Shown here: positions 39,850 through 52,870 of the stretch, piece by piece | How positions within the stretch are numbered: position 1 is the stretch's first letter | Layout of the letters: every line of letters starts with the position of its first letter | Source of the DNA: Octopus sinensis | Taxonomy: Eukaryota | Assembly (NCBI RefSeq): GCF_006345805.1 | Contig: NC_043003.1 | Span: forward strand, 38,626,001-38,690,000 | Direction of reading: 5' to 3' | Length of the DNA stretch: 64,000 nt | The notes under the pieces: model-generated | What the model saw: only the letters and a program-made list of their open reading frames with translations | Databases searched by the model: none | Told to the model about the DNA's origin: nothing | Program-made: the position numbers and the translations under genes

Positions 39850-41345
39850 GATCTTGCCTGGGATTGGCCAAATGCGTCTGTTGATTGCAGGATATAATTC
39901 TTTTCTTGTTCTATTTCTTCAACTTAAATTGTTTTGATGCATCATGACTCATTTTACGCCACGCAGATCGATCTAGGCAATAACTTCCCCCAAAATGTCA
40001 AATTAAGCTGTAGAGATTTTAGTGGGTGCTTCAATTTATCTTTATATCTAAGGAGGGGCCTTCCTTAACTGCAGCATCCCTATATTTATTGGACATGCAA
40101 AAGAATTTTCGGAATGCAATCATTTTTCGCTCGAACAACATACGCTATCCATCTGCACTGAATTCTCAGTAGCATGCTTTTGATACAGGAGATATAATTG
40201 ACATTTGATATCTTATCTTGTCATTTTATGTTGCAGATATTGCGCAGGCAGCACATGTGAAAGGTTACAAGTTTCTTTATACGTCTGTAGTAGGGATTCT
40301 AAGCTTCTGCCCCATACAAGTGTGTGCCCAAAATACAAGATTTGTATATGGTTATTTTAGTTTTCCGATTGACATCATGTTCATCCCACAAACAGTAGGA
40401 AAGTTTTCCATAAGCACTCGTAGCCTTAGATATTCTAACAGTGATTTCGTCATCAAGAGTGCTCTTTAAATTTGCTGTACTACCAAGATATTTCAATGAC
40501 CTGACCCATTTGAGTGGCTTATTGCCAATCATCACATTTGAATGTTGAGTCTGTTCTGTTCCTGGCGTTGACTGGAATAAAACTTCAGTCTTCTAGATGT
40601 TGATAGTCCAAATGCAAGAGCAGCTGCAATAAACCTGTCGATTATTTCCTAATTACCTCAAATGCATGAGAAATCAAAGCGCAATCATCAGCAAACAGAA
40701 AATCACGTAAAATCTCTTTCTTAGTCTTTTTCTTTGATTCGAAGCTTTGCCCTTTTAGGTTGAGCAGACCTCCTTCTGTGCACAACTGAAATTTTACACC
40801 TTCATGCTAATCCCTAAAAGCATGTTGAACATCATCGAAAAGGATATGGAAAAGTTTAAGAGTTAAAACACAGCCCTGTTTGGTTCAACAGAAAATGCCT
40901 CTGGAAATGGACTGCTAGATATCACTCTTGCCATCATTCCTTCGTGCAAAGATGTTATTATTCTCATCATTTTATCAAGACTAACTTTTAGCAAAATTTT
41001 CCAGAGCGACTCGAGATTCACTGCCTAAAAGGCCTTGGTCAAATTGATAAAGACCATGTACAAGACAATTTTTTTCGCACGAGGCTTTTCATGAACTTGC
41101 CGAAGGGCAAAAATCATGTCAACTGTGCCTCTTCCAGTCCATCTTTTCAGAATTTCGTCTTTGCTACTCATGAGATTCGACCCATTGTTAGAAAACATAG
41201 GTTCTGTACCACCCGTTTTTGAACCAAAATACACCTTTCAAATTGTCATACAATTATTTTAAGTTGTGAGGTTTAGCAGCCTGTTCCAATTCTTGGGCTT
41301 TTTTGCCCACGAAAAATTTTTCATCTCACGCGATTTTTTCAAAGT
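39850..41345 (-). mobile_element. Degraded RTE (BovB-like) LINE
   Basis: RGTVDMIFALRQVHEK...LYMVFINLTKAF, LRDFLFADDCAL (about 40680-40715), LKYLGS, LYGAE. Confidence 0.88.
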
Positions 41346-41838
41346 AGTTTTCGTTAAGGAGATGTATAGGGATCAGAGTGGCGCTGAATTTTGTTTGAGA
41401 CCCATGTATTCTGTATTTTGTGCATAGTTTCTATATATACATAGAATAACACACACGCGCATACACACACAAAAGTATGTGTAAAATTTGAATGAAATTG
41501 GTTGTGTAGTTTTAGGGATTCACACAGACTCACAGCTGACACACAGACAGACCGACATACATTCTCATCTTTATATATATAGATTATGTATTATATATAT
41601 TCTTTTATTCTAAATTCTTTTATTCGTTTCAGTCATTTGACTGCGGCCATGCACGAGCACCGCCTTTAGTCGAACAAGTCCGCCGCAGGATTTATTCTTT
41701 GTAAGCCTAGTACTTACTCTATCGGTCTCTTATTGCCAAACCGCTAAGTTACGGGGGTCAACTTGTTCGACTAAAGGCGCTGCTCTAGCATGGCCACAGT
41801 CAAATGACTGAAGCAAATAAAAGAATATATATATATAC

Positions 41839-42004
41839 AGGAGTGGCTGTGTGGTAAGTAGCTTGCTAACCAACCACATGGTTCCGGGTTCAGTCCCACT
41901 GCGTGGCATCTTGGGCAAATGTCTTCTGCTATAGCCCCGGGCCGACCAATGCCTTGTGAGTGGATTTGGTAGACGGAAACTGAAAGAAGCCTGTCGTATA
42001 TATG

Positions 42005-42040
<36 letters not shown>

Positions 42041-42260
42041 GCGTTTGTGTTTGTCTACCTAGCATTGCTTGACAACCGATGCTGGTGTGTTTACGTCCCC
42101 GTCACTTAGCGGTTCGGCAAAAAGGCAAAAGAGACCGATAGAATAAGTACTAGGCTTACAAAGAATAAGTCCCGGGGTCGATTTGTTCGACTAAAGGTGG
42201 TGCTCCAGCATGGCCACAGTCAAATGACTGAAACAAGTAAAAGAGTAAAGAGTAAAAGAG
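41839..42260 (+). mobile_element. SINE family A full copy (preceded by inverted SINE tails at 41600-41825)
   Basis: Head, internal microsatellite, tail GAAACAAGTAAAAGAGTAAAGAG. Confidence 0.9.
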
Positions 42261-42263
42261 TAT

Positions 42264-42316
<53 letters not shown>

Positions 42317-42535
42317 AAATTTAATAAATAAATATATGCATACATACATACATATATGTACGTACCTACATCTACATATTATATATATACATGTAATATA
42401 TAATATATATGTACTCTGCTTTTTCGTTGTTAAAAAAAGTCCGTTTCCTAGTTTGTTTTTATGTTTTCGTTTCTCGTTGAGTTCTACGTTTATTTGTGGT
42501 GTCCGTACTCTATATATATATATATATATATATAG

Positions 42536-42570
<35 letters not shown>

Positions 42571-43056
42571 GTATGCATGTATATATACATGTAGATGTAG
42601 GTACGTACATATATGTATGTATGTATGCATATATTTTATTTATTAAATTATTGTATGACTGAGCGCCCTCGCGTCGTTTCGTTTCTTCTCTTCTCCAAGT
42701 AAGTTTATATATCTTAATCAAGTTTCTACTGCTATATTCTCGGTCCCACCAAAGCGTTATGAGTGGATTTGGTAGACATATATATATATATATATATACA
42801 TACATGTGTGTGTGTGTGTCTTTTGCCCCCCCCCCTGCTATTACTTCACAACTGATGGTGGTGTGTTTATGCCCCCGTAACCTAGCGGTCGGCAAAAGGT
42901 ACCGATAGAATAAGTACTAGGCTTACAAAGTCCTAAGGCTGATTTCTTAGACTGAAACTCTTTGAGGCGGTGTTCCAGCATGGCTGAGGTCAAATGACTG
43001 AAACAAAAAGAATAAAATATATACATACATATATATATATATATAATATATATAAT

Positions 43057-43089
<33 letters not shown>

Positions 43090-43167
43090 TATAGATATAT
43101 ATGTATATATAGTATATATATAGATATTATATATATGTATATATATATATTATATATATATGAAATA

Positions 43168-43218
<51 letters not shown>

Positions 43219-43224
43219 TATATA

Positions 43225-43470
43225 TTGAAGTAAGATAAATGGAATTATCTTATTACGGATAATTCAAATGATAACCGATACCTGGGTAGCAAAATCACAC
43301 CAGAAAGAGCACGGTTTTTTAAGTTATGACCATGGGGCATAAAATCCGTGCCTTAGTGCAGAAATTTGAAGTTTTTATATTAAGTATAGGAAAAATGGAG
43401 CTGAACGAAGATTTAACAAAATAAAGGAATTTTGTTAAATCTTCGTTCAGCTCCATTTTTTCCTATACTT
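43225..43470. mobile_element. Inverted-repeat insertion in (TA)n (arms 43382-43422 / 43429-43470)
   Basis: Near-perfect arms of about 41 bp with a 6-bp spacer; left side extends about 155 bp; (TA)n flanks. Confidence 0.75.
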
Positions 43471-43615
43471 TATATATATTATATATATATATAAATATTT
43501 ATGTGTGTGTGACTTTCTATGTATACTCACACATTGAAGCTTTCTATCTCCTTGATACCTTCTCAGTCAAGATTTAAGGTGAACAATTCGCCCATGAGAT
43601 GAATTACCCGTACCA

Positions 43616-43796
43616 GGCGTAGGAGTAGCTGTGTGGTAAATAACTTGCTTACCAACCACATGGTTTCGGGTTCAGTCCCACTGAGTGGCACATTGGGCAA
43701 GTGTCTTCTACTATAGCCTCGGGCCGACCAAAGCCTTGTGGGTGGATTTGGTAGACGGAGACTGAAAGAAGCCCGCCGTATATATGTATATCTATC

Positions 43797-43828
<32 letters not shown>

Positions 43829-43851
43829 CTATCTCTATCTCTCTCTCTCTC

Positions 43852-43888
<37 letters not shown>

Positions 43889-43926
43889 GATATATTATAT
43901 ATATATATATATATATATAATATATG

Positions 43927-43963
<37 letters not shown>

Positions 43964-44203
43964 GTGTGTGTGCGTGTATATGTTTGTGTGTCTGTGTTTG
44001 TCTCCCCACCCAACATCGCTTGACAACCGATGCTGTTGTATTTACGTCCTCGTAAACTAGCGGTTCGGCAAAAAAAAAAAAGACCGATAGAATAAGTACT
44101 AGGTTTACAAAGAATAAGTCCTGGGGTCGATTTGCTCGACTAAAGGCGGTGCTCCAGCATGGCCACAGTCAAATGACTGAAACAAGTAAAAGAGTAAAAG
44201 AGT
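43616..44203 (+). mobile_element. SINE family A full copy
   Basis: GGCGTAGGAGTAGCTGTGTGGT head with B-box-like GGTTCAGTCCC; (GTAAAAGA)n tail. Confidence 0.92.
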
Positions 44204-44462
44204 AAGCACCAACGAATCATTTGTCATCCCACCACGATAAACACCAGCTGCCTAAGTAGAGAAACGTGCATTCTATGTGCTACTGCCTGTTGTGTGCAAT
44301 TGATAGAGTCGTTCACTCTACCCCGGGTTCATGTTTCCTTTTGACAAAAACTTGTTTGTTTCTTTTTCTATACTCCCCATTAGGCGAGCACGAAAGGAGT
44401 GTCTATTTAGGTGTTGGCACTCGACCTTGTTATAGGACACTGAAGTTACATATTATAGGCAA

Positions 44463-44464
44463 TG

Positions 44465-44523
<59 letters not shown>

Positions 44524-44530
44524 CTCTCTC

Positions 44531-44579
<49 letters not shown>

Positions 44580-44613
44580 CTCTCTCTCTCTCCTTTCCTC
44601 TCTCCTCTTTCTT

Positions 44614-44653
<40 letters not shown>

Positions 44654-44745
44654 ACTCTCTCTCTCTCATCTCTCTTTCTCTCTCTCTCTTCTCTTCTCTC
44701 CTCGCTCTCTCATTCTCTCTCTCTTTCTCTGTCCTCCTCTCTACG
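44463..44745. repeat. (CT)n tract
   Basis: Direct observation; one of many microsatellites. Confidence 0.95.
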
Positions 44746-45254
44746 CCTCACACACGCACACGCACACATACACACACAAAACCATGAAGACAAGAGGTAT
44801 GAGGGGTGAATATATATTTATCTAACATCGTGACTTCTATGGGATTACGGCTGTTTCGAAACCGTATGGAAAAAACAAAATTATGCGTACATGTTTACGT
44901 TGATATGTATGCTCAGCAATATACAATACAATTGCATATGCAGAAATTAATGCAAATAAAGAAAGCTAGCTCACCAAATCACCGGAACATGACGGTTACA
45001 CGAACAATTCAGCTCTAAATACACTCACAAAATTTTCCCTGTAATGTATGACGGGTTTCCGAGGAGTTTCCGTCTATTAAATTCACTCACAAGGAATCGG
45101 TCGGCCCAGGGATATGGTACAAGGTATTTGTCGAAGGCGCCGCGCAGCGGGTCTACATCCGGAACCTGTTGAATATTGAGTTTTAGAAGCCCACAACCTA
45201 CAGGTGTATATGCTTCTAATACACCCATACGCATGCAAATATTATGCACAGACA

Positions 45255-45286
<32 letters not shown>

Positions 45287-45615
45287 ACACACACACACAC
45301 AAACGCACGCACATGCTCATACATCTAAGTCAATTTGCGAGGGCATAAAAACTTACAAGCTACATTCTATGTTCACAAATGCATGCGCATCCATTCATAT
45401 TTAAAAGCGCCATTAACATAAATAAATAATAAATATAATAAATAATAAATAATAAAAGATAAAAACACGTATAACAAGATGCATAAACTAAATATATATA
45501 TATATAGAAGCAGAGTTCTGATTCGATACAAAAATGAAAAAAGACAGTAAGAAGGAGACATTGTGAGTTAACAGAGGAAATATTAGACCGAGGAGAAGGG
45601 AATAACAAAGTGAAA

Positions 45616-45715
45616 NNNNNNNNNNNNNNNNNNNNNNNNNNNNNNNNNNNNNNNNNNNNNNNNNNNNNNNNNNNNNNNNNNNNNNNNNNNNNNNNNNNNN
45701 NNNNNNNNNNNNNNN
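45616..45715. other. Assembly gap (100 N)
   Basis: N run. Confidence 1.
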
Positions 45716-45964
45716 CCCTCGACTGCGAGTCCACTGCTCTAACCACTAGGATACTTCTATACATGGTTAATTACTATTTATTATATAGCTCTACACCTTC
45801 TAACTATTATCTAGAGTATATTGATATATATTTACTTATCCACTAAATAAACATTCCTATGTTCCCCTCAATAGGTTTATACCAAGCTTATCCATATAAT
45901 ACTCAGTTTGCTGTAATATTCCGTATACTTAACTAATAACATGCTGGTATATCTTTTTTTTTCT

Positions 45965-46048
45965 GCCTCAGACGAGATTCTGCATTATAAAATGATTTAA
46001 TTATTACAATTACAATATTTAAAGGATGAATCGAAACAGCTGTTAGAA
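45965..46048 (+). ncRNA. Degenerate hammerhead-like motif with long stem II
   Basis: CAGACGA-GATTC-(47 nt)-GAATC-GAAAC-AGCT-GTT; U4 changed to A, weak stem I. Confidence 0.5.
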
Positions 46049-46094
46049 ATGTTTATTTTTGCAGTTATTAACTGGTGTATCGCCATTTTCTTAA

Positions 46095-46300
46095 TGTGAC
46101 CGCGTGTGTACCGTTTGCGATTTTTTTCTATCGTCTTCTCTTCTCTGGATCTTTCCTTTTCCTGTTTCTGACGAAAGAGCTCCGCGAAAACGTTTAAACC
46201 CTCCTTCTTCCCTTCTTCCTAAGCGTCCAATAACACTATACTTGTTCCACGTCCTCACGTGTTCTCTTTGTATTTTCATTAATATGTATATATATATTAA
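46095..46300 (+). mobile_element. pLTR family P1 copy with damaged hammerhead (46164-46199)
   Basis: GTTT-CTGACGA-AAGAGCTCCGC-GAAAACGTTTAAAC; ends in (TA)n. Confidence 0.8.
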
Positions 46301-47124
46301 CTATGTATATATATATATATATATAATATATATATATATATATAGATATATATATATACTATATGACAGACTCCTACACAGTTCTACACATTCACACACA
46401 CACAAACATATATGTACATATATATGGTCCTCCACACAGATTCCGTCTACCAAATCCACTCATAAAGCATTGGTCAGTCCAGGACTAAATCAGAAGACAC
46501 TTGCCGTGCAGTGGAACTGATATATGCATATACAATGGCGTAGCTAATTTGGGAACTCTCCACGAGCACATTCAATCAAAACTGGCGTCTCTTCAATATT
46601 TTTTTAACTCATCAGTTAAAATCCTATTTTTCGTTGTTGTTTTTTTTTTAATCACATGGCCTTGGGAGAACTTTCTGGAGTCATCACTGTATTTGACCGA
46701 CCTCCAGCGTTTCTGAACAGTCCTGTGATGTGTCTGTAAAGTAAAAGAGAACACAATGTCCGGATAGAGCGAATATTTAATTTGTAGGTTATTGTTCAGT
46801 TTACGGCATTTCGTACATTAAAGTTTTACATCTTAAGAGTATCATCAGACAAGAATGTAACATGAGAACCACTGACCTCTTAGAGACGAATCCTATGTCA
46901 GCAGTAACTCTTATGTGCACTTTTGTGTTGAGATTTTTGGTAATTTTCGGGCTTATTTACTACTTATATACATGCACCCTCACAAGCACACGCGTGCGCG
47001 CACAAACACTCTCTCACACGCATACATACATACGTGGTATAATATAATATATATATATATATATATGTATGCATGTGTGTGTATATGTATATATATTATA
47101 TATATATATTATATATATATATAT

Positions 47125-47168
<44 letters not shown>

Positions 47169-47186
47169 ATATATATGTATATATAG

Positions 47187-47220
<34 letters not shown>

Positions 47221-47278
47221 ACATAAATATAATACATACATATATATATCATATAACCTATATACATATATATATATA

Positions 47279-48492
47279 TAGGGTTCGCAAGAAAGTAATT
47301 CCGGTTTTTAGTGTGAAATAATATTTTTTTTTAAATACAAAGAATGAACTTTAATGAATTATATATTTTCCACTCTGTTCGATGACCTTTTGCCATCTTT
47401 CTGGCAATTTCATGCTTCCATGCTCATAGAACTTCCGGTCCTTATCAGCCAAAAGCTGAAGCAAGTGCGATTTCAGGTCACCATCATTATTGAAAGTTTT
47501 ACCATTCAAAGAATTTTGGAAACTTCGAAATAAATAGTAATCTGATGGTGCAAGGTCAGGGCTATATGGTGGATGTGACATCACTTCCCAACCAAGCTCC
47601 AATAAATTTTCACGAGTTAGCAAAGACGTGTGTGGTCTACCGTTGTTATTGCGGAACACGATTCCTTTACGATTTGCTAATTCTGGTCGTTTTGCTTTGA
47701 TTATACTTCCTCCAGTTTCATTAGCTGTTGACAGTAAACATCTGAATTGCTCGTTTGGTTCTATGGAAGCAGCTCAAAATACACAACACCTTTGTAGTCC
47801 CACCAAATTGACAGCATGACCTTTTTTTATGCAATTCAGCTTTCGATGTGGTTTGTGCTGGTTGTTTACACTCGGACCATGATCGTTTCCGATTGATGTT
47901 ACTGTAGACAATTCATTTTTCATCACCAGTGATGATTCGTTTCCAAAAAAAAGTCGATTTTATCACGTTTGAGATGCATATCGCAAATAATGATTCGTGC
48001 GTGAGCTTCTTAACGAGTTCAAGACATTTTAAATAATTTTCAATTGTGTGTGATACACTTAACCCCTCTTCAATCTCTTATGGTTTTAATTCGGTCATCA
48101 TCAACTTCAGTAAGTCGACCAGAACGTTGGTCATCTTTGAATAATAAATATCCAGAAGGGAATTTTTTAAAACCATTTCTGACACGTGCGTTCGGTGAAG
48201 CAATCAACACCATAAACTTCACATATCTCTTTGTCAGCCTCAGCAGTTTTCTTACCTTTACGGAAATAAAAAAATCAAAATATGGCGAAAATGTTCGTTT
48301 TTGCACGTCACGTTAAATTTGACACTGAACTAACAGCTGTAAACAAAATTACGCAAAATTTCCTTTTAAAGTAAGTTGAAAGTAACGTCTATCAAATGTT
48401 AAAAGGAAAAAAATCATGACATTGAGAAAAGTCATTAAAAAAATCGTGACTCTATTTGCAAAAAATGAAATTACTTTTGCCAACTCAACATA
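47279..48492 (-). mobile_element. Near full-length DD34D mariner, pseudogenised
   Basis: TIRs GGGTTCGCAAGAAAGTAATTCCG / TGAAATTACTTTTGCCAACTC; RSGRLTEVDDDRIK, IITGDE, NGRPHTS...LGWEVMSHPPYSPDLAPSDYYLFRS. Confidence 0.92.
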
Positions 48493-48546
48493 TACATATA
48501 TATGTTTGTATGTATTTATGTATATCTATAAATATATATATATAAT

Positions 48547-48577
<31 letters not shown>

Positions 48578-49899
48578 CTGTATATGTATATGTATATGTA
48601 TATATATGTGTCTATCTGTCTACACACACTCACATTTACATAACTAAATGTTAATACGCAATTTCATGTCTGTAACGCTTATCTGCACATATACGTACAT
48701 ACATACATATTGTTAAATGTATATACATTCAAACATATATGTACGTGCTTGTGTGTGTGTGTGTGTCATATGTAGATATACTAAGAAATTTTTATCGAGA
48801 TAAACTCAGATTCAAAATCCTCAGCCAATTATAAAAAGGAAAAAGAAAAATAGAAAAAAATTAAAAAATCAGTATAATGAATTTCAATTTACTTCACGGG
48901 TCGGCAACAGGAGGGATGCGATCCACAAATGAGCCACTGAGATGTTCTGTGGGGAGAGGGAAGGGTTTCGAATCGTGTCTGAAGCTCTTTCAGAACTCAC
49001 AAGTAGGTTTTAGACAGTTTTACTTAACTTAGGACTACATCTTAACTACAAAGAAGTGGATCCATCATCATAATAATGAAATTATTGTATACAGTCTTCA
49101 TCGTCGTCGTTTTAACTTCCACTTTGCCATGATCGCATGGGTCAGACGGAATTTGTTGATGCGGATTTACTATGACCGGATGCCCTTTCTGTCGCCAACC
49201 AAACATGACGGTGACACTCATGTACAACGATCATGCATTAAGCACACACACACACATTCAAAACTTGTGAGGCTATTAATAAGTACTAGTATGGCTGTGT
49301 GGTTAAGAAACTTACTTTCCAACCATATGGTTCTTAATTCAGTCCTGCTACGTGGTACATTAGGCGTCTTCTGCTATGGTACCGGACCGACCTCAACCTT
49401 GTGAGTGGATTTGCTAGGCGGAAACTAAAAGAAGTTCACGTGTGTGCAACACTTTCGAATGTATTAAATTTGAACACAGAATTGCTTCTTGCAAATGCCA
49501 GATAAGCTACCATAAGAACAAAGGTATTTGCCAGGGATTTTGAGAAACAAATCGACAAGGGAAAAATAGTGATGCTAAGTTATGGAAGGAATTTACAGTT
49601 TCAGAACACAAGAGATTCGTTTTTCTTTCTGAGAAGTTTGAGGACAAGAAGTCTAATAAATCTGAACAGAGATAAAAATAAATCGCTGTAATTGCTTCGA
49701 AAGAAGACACTAACATTTGTCCTTCCAATAAAAAAGTAACAAGAACCAAAGGACATCTGAGGAAAGCAGCGAAAAACATCAATTTAGAGGTCTGCTCGGA
49801 ATCCTGAAAGGAATCTAAATTCAGCTAAAGTTACACTTTATGAAACATACAATGACGTACCAGAAGAACATACCAAGTCTAAAGCGAAAGAACAAGAGA

Positions 49900-50520
49900 C
49901 AATGAAAACATCTCTACCTCTCATACCTCCACTCCCCTCGATCTGTCTCTTTCTTCTCCTCCCCTGCTCACCTTCTTTCTCTCCTCATCTGTCCCTTTCT
50001 CCTGTCTTTTGTCCTCACGTGACCAGCTAGCCGCTGCTGGGCGGCCTTTTCGTATCCAGCAGTCGTTGAAGCAACACGTTTTTGTTTGTCTCCCGCGGCC
50101 ATAAGGCACAACTCCATAAGCCAGCCCCAACTCAACTCGTCCTGTCGAAAGACCCTTGTCCTACGTCCTGGTTTTGTTTTTTATCCTTACCTTTATTGTT
50201 TTTACGTTTTTGTATTCTTATTCGTGCTTTCCTTATTGTTTTCACGTATTTCTGTATTTTTATTCGTGTACATCGTTCGTTTTCCGTCCTTGTGTTGTAT
50301 ACATTCGAAGCTTTCTTCCAAGGGATCTAATGCGCTTGGCTTAGATTTCCCTTGGGGGCTGCCCAGGTCGGAGCAATCTCAAGATTAATCAGCCGAAATT
50401 GCGAAGATGATCCGGTTCTTGACTGATGACTGAGGGCTTCGGATGTCCCGTCCTGTGGTTCTTGTGTCGTTTTCTAGGTGTTTCACGTTCTTGTCCCAGT
50501 TTGTATATATTTTTTACTTT
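49900..50520 (+). mobile_element. Repeat family P2 (pLTR-like, ends in microsatellite)
   Basis: CAGCCGAAATTGCGA(A/G)GATGATCCGGTTCTTGACTGA shared with 11368-11530 and 36905-37025. Confidence 0.6.
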
Positions 50521-50522
50521 TT

Positions 50523-50555
<33 letters not shown>

Positions 50556-50822
50556 CGTCTATACTTTTATTCTTTTGCTTGTTTCAGTGATCTGACAGCG
50601 GCCATGCTGGAGCACCACCTTATAGGGTTTTAATCGAAGAAATCAACCCCAGGACTTAGTCTTTGTAAGCGTACTAATTATTCTATCGGTCGCACCGCTA
50701 GGTCACGGGAATGTAAACACACCAGCGTCGGTTGTCAAGAGATAATGGTGGTGGTGGGGGGGGACAAACACAGACACAAAGGCAGACACACACACACACA
50801 CACACAAACACACATATATAAG

Positions 50823-51200
50823 CGTGGCTGTGTGGTAAGAAGCTTGCTTCTCAACCACGTGGTTCGGGTTCAGTCCCACTGCGTGACACCTTGGGCAAGT
50901 GTCTTCTACTATAGCCTCGGGCCCACCAAAGCCTTGTGAGTGGATTTGGTAGACGGAGACTGAAAGAACCCCGTCGTATATATATATATATATATATATA
51001 TTATGTATATATTTGTGTGTCTGTGTTCCCCCGCCCCCATCATCGCTTGACAACCAATATTGGTGTGTTTACGTCCCCGTAACTAGCGGTTCAACAAAAG
51101 AGACCTATAGAATATGAACTAGGCTTACAAAGAATAAGTCCTGGGGTTGATTTTTGACTGAAGGCGGTGCTTGAGTTAAATTACTGAAACAAAAAATTAA
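50823..51200 (+). mobile_element. SINE family A (inverted partial copy at 50555-50810)
   Basis: Head, body and tail motifs. Confidence 0.85.
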
Positions 51201-51201
51201 A

Positions 51202-51244
<43 letters not shown>

Positions 51245-51246
51245 TA

Positions 51247-51277
<31 letters not shown>

Positions 51278-51304
51278 GTGTTTGTGTGTGTTTGTGTGTG
51301 TGTG

Positions 51305-51496
51305 TGTGACCGCGTGTGTACCGTTGGCGATTTTTTTCCTCTGTCTCCCCTTCTCTGGATCTTTCCTTCTCCTATGTTTCCGACGAAGAGCTCCGCTCGA
51401 AACGTTAAACCCTCCTTCTTTCCTGAGCGTCCAATAATACTATATTTGTTCCACACCCTCACGTTGTGGTTTTTTTGTGCTTTCATGTTTGCATTA

Positions 51497-51502
<6 letters not shown>
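51305..51502 (+). mobile_element. pLTR family P1 copy with hammerhead-like motif 51376-51410 (CCGACGA variant)
   Basis: GTTT-CCGACGA-A-GAGC-TCC-GCTC-GAAAC-GTT-AAAC; ends in (TA)n. Confidence 0.82.
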
Positions 51503-51535
<33 letters not shown>

Positions 51536-51635
51536 TACAGAATCCTGCCCAACGGCTTAAACCTATAGACACTAACAACATGCTTTATTAAAACCGACCG
51601 AAACCGGGTTTATTTAACGAGATACCCCTTATAAC

Positions 51636-51741
51636 ATCACCTGTCGAGACACTTCTACACCAAGAAGTGCCCCACAACCAGTTGTACGATATCCCACCCA
51701 CGATGGATCGATGCAGAATGGGTCGAAACGATTGGTGTGAT
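51636..51741 (+). ncRNA. Hammerhead-like motif with stem II insertion of about 70 nt
   Basis: ATCAC-CTGTCGA-GAC...GTC-GAAAC-GATTG-GT-GTGAT; stem I ATCAC/GTGAT; cleavage nucleotide apparently missing. Confidence 0.5.
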
Positions 51742-51937
51742 CAATAAAGTTTCTCGTGTACTTCCTTTTCCGTCTCTATCTATATATATATGTGTGTTGT
51801 GTGTGTATGTATAAATAATAGCACAGATGGGCTGATGTTCAATATAGATATTTCAGACGTGTTTTTTTTATTGATGGACAAATCAATTATACCATGTAAA
51901 AACCGATTTCTTCAGGTGAATTAAGAGTTAATATACA

Positions 51938-52327
51938 GTGGCTGTGTGGTAAGTAGCTTGCTTACCAACCACATAGTTTCAGGTTCAGTCCCACTGCGTG
52001 GCACCTTGAGCAAGTGTTTTCTACTATAGCCTCGGGCCCACCAAAGCCTTGTGAGTGGATTTGGTAAACGGAAACTGAAAGAAGCCGTCGTATATATGTA
52101 TATATATATATGTGTGTGTGTGTGTTTGTGTGTCTGTTTATCACCCACCCAACATCACTTGACAACCGATGCTGGTGTGTTTGCGTCCCCGTAACTTAGC
52201 GGTTCGGCAAAAGAGACCGATATAATAAGTACTAGGTTCACAAAGAATAAGTCCTGGGGTCGATTTGCTCGACTAAAGGCGATGCTCCAGCATGGCCGCA
52301 GTCACATGACTGAAACAAGTAAAAGAG

Positions 52328-52328
<1 letters not shown>
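51938..52328 (+). mobile_element. SINE family A full copy
   Basis: Head, body and tail motifs. Confidence 0.9.
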
Positions 52329-52361
<33 letters not shown>

Positions 52362-52634
52362 ATTAATTAATAAGGGTGAGAGAATTAGATACTAATTAAT
52401 AGTATATTTATTCAACACCAAGTGGCCTAGTGCTACGAGAAACCTGGATTATTATAATATTTTATAAAACATATACAATACTTTTACAAAACAAATATAA
52501 GAGAGTGGTCAATATATTGCTCACTCTAGCACCAGTTAATCCAAAAGGTTTCAACCACGAAGATACATGTTTCCCATGAAAGCCAGTACGATGTTAGCTC
52601 ACACGTACAGGGCAAGTAAAAAATAACAAAAATA

Positions 52635-52730
52635 CAGATTATTTTGGGACAATTGTTTCGCTATTAATGAATTAAATGTAATATTACTTACACAAAAAAT
52701 CCATTGTAGCTCGTCAGCCAAGACTATCTG
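52635..52730 (-). ncRNA. Type I hammerhead ribozyme (inverted unit)
   Basis: Reverse complement of the motif at 52776-52870; TCGTCAG at 52711-52717, GACAATTGTTTC at 52648-52659. Confidence 0.8.
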
Positions 52731-52775
52731 GATGAAACCACTCAAAATCTGGCGTGTGATTGAGTGGATTTCATC

Positions 52776-52870
52776 CAGATAGTCTTGGCTGACGAGCTAC
52801 AAATGGATTTTTTTGTAAGTAATATTACATTTAATCATTAATAGCGAAACAATTGTCCCAAAATAATCTG
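52776..52870 (+). ncRNA. Type I hammerhead ribozyme, unit 1 (predicted cut after C52857)
   Basis: CAGATAGTCTTGG-CTGACGA-GCTA..TAGC-GAAAC-AATT-GTC-CCAAAATAATCTG. Confidence 0.85.

Noticed and set aside
45716-45750. tRNA gene (minus strand CCTAGTGGTTAGAGCAGTGGACTCGCAGTCGAGGG)
   Set aside because: Only a D-arm and anticodon fragment cut by the gap; more likely a SINE head.
46603-46622. CTGATGA on the minus strand
   Set aside because: It is the loop of a simple TTTTAA hairpin, with no GAAA or stem III.
50325-50435. Hammerhead in family P2 (CTAATGCG...AGCCGAAATTGCG; CTGATGA at about 50423)
   Set aside because: Core elements are out of order or non-canonical; a three-stem fold could not be built.
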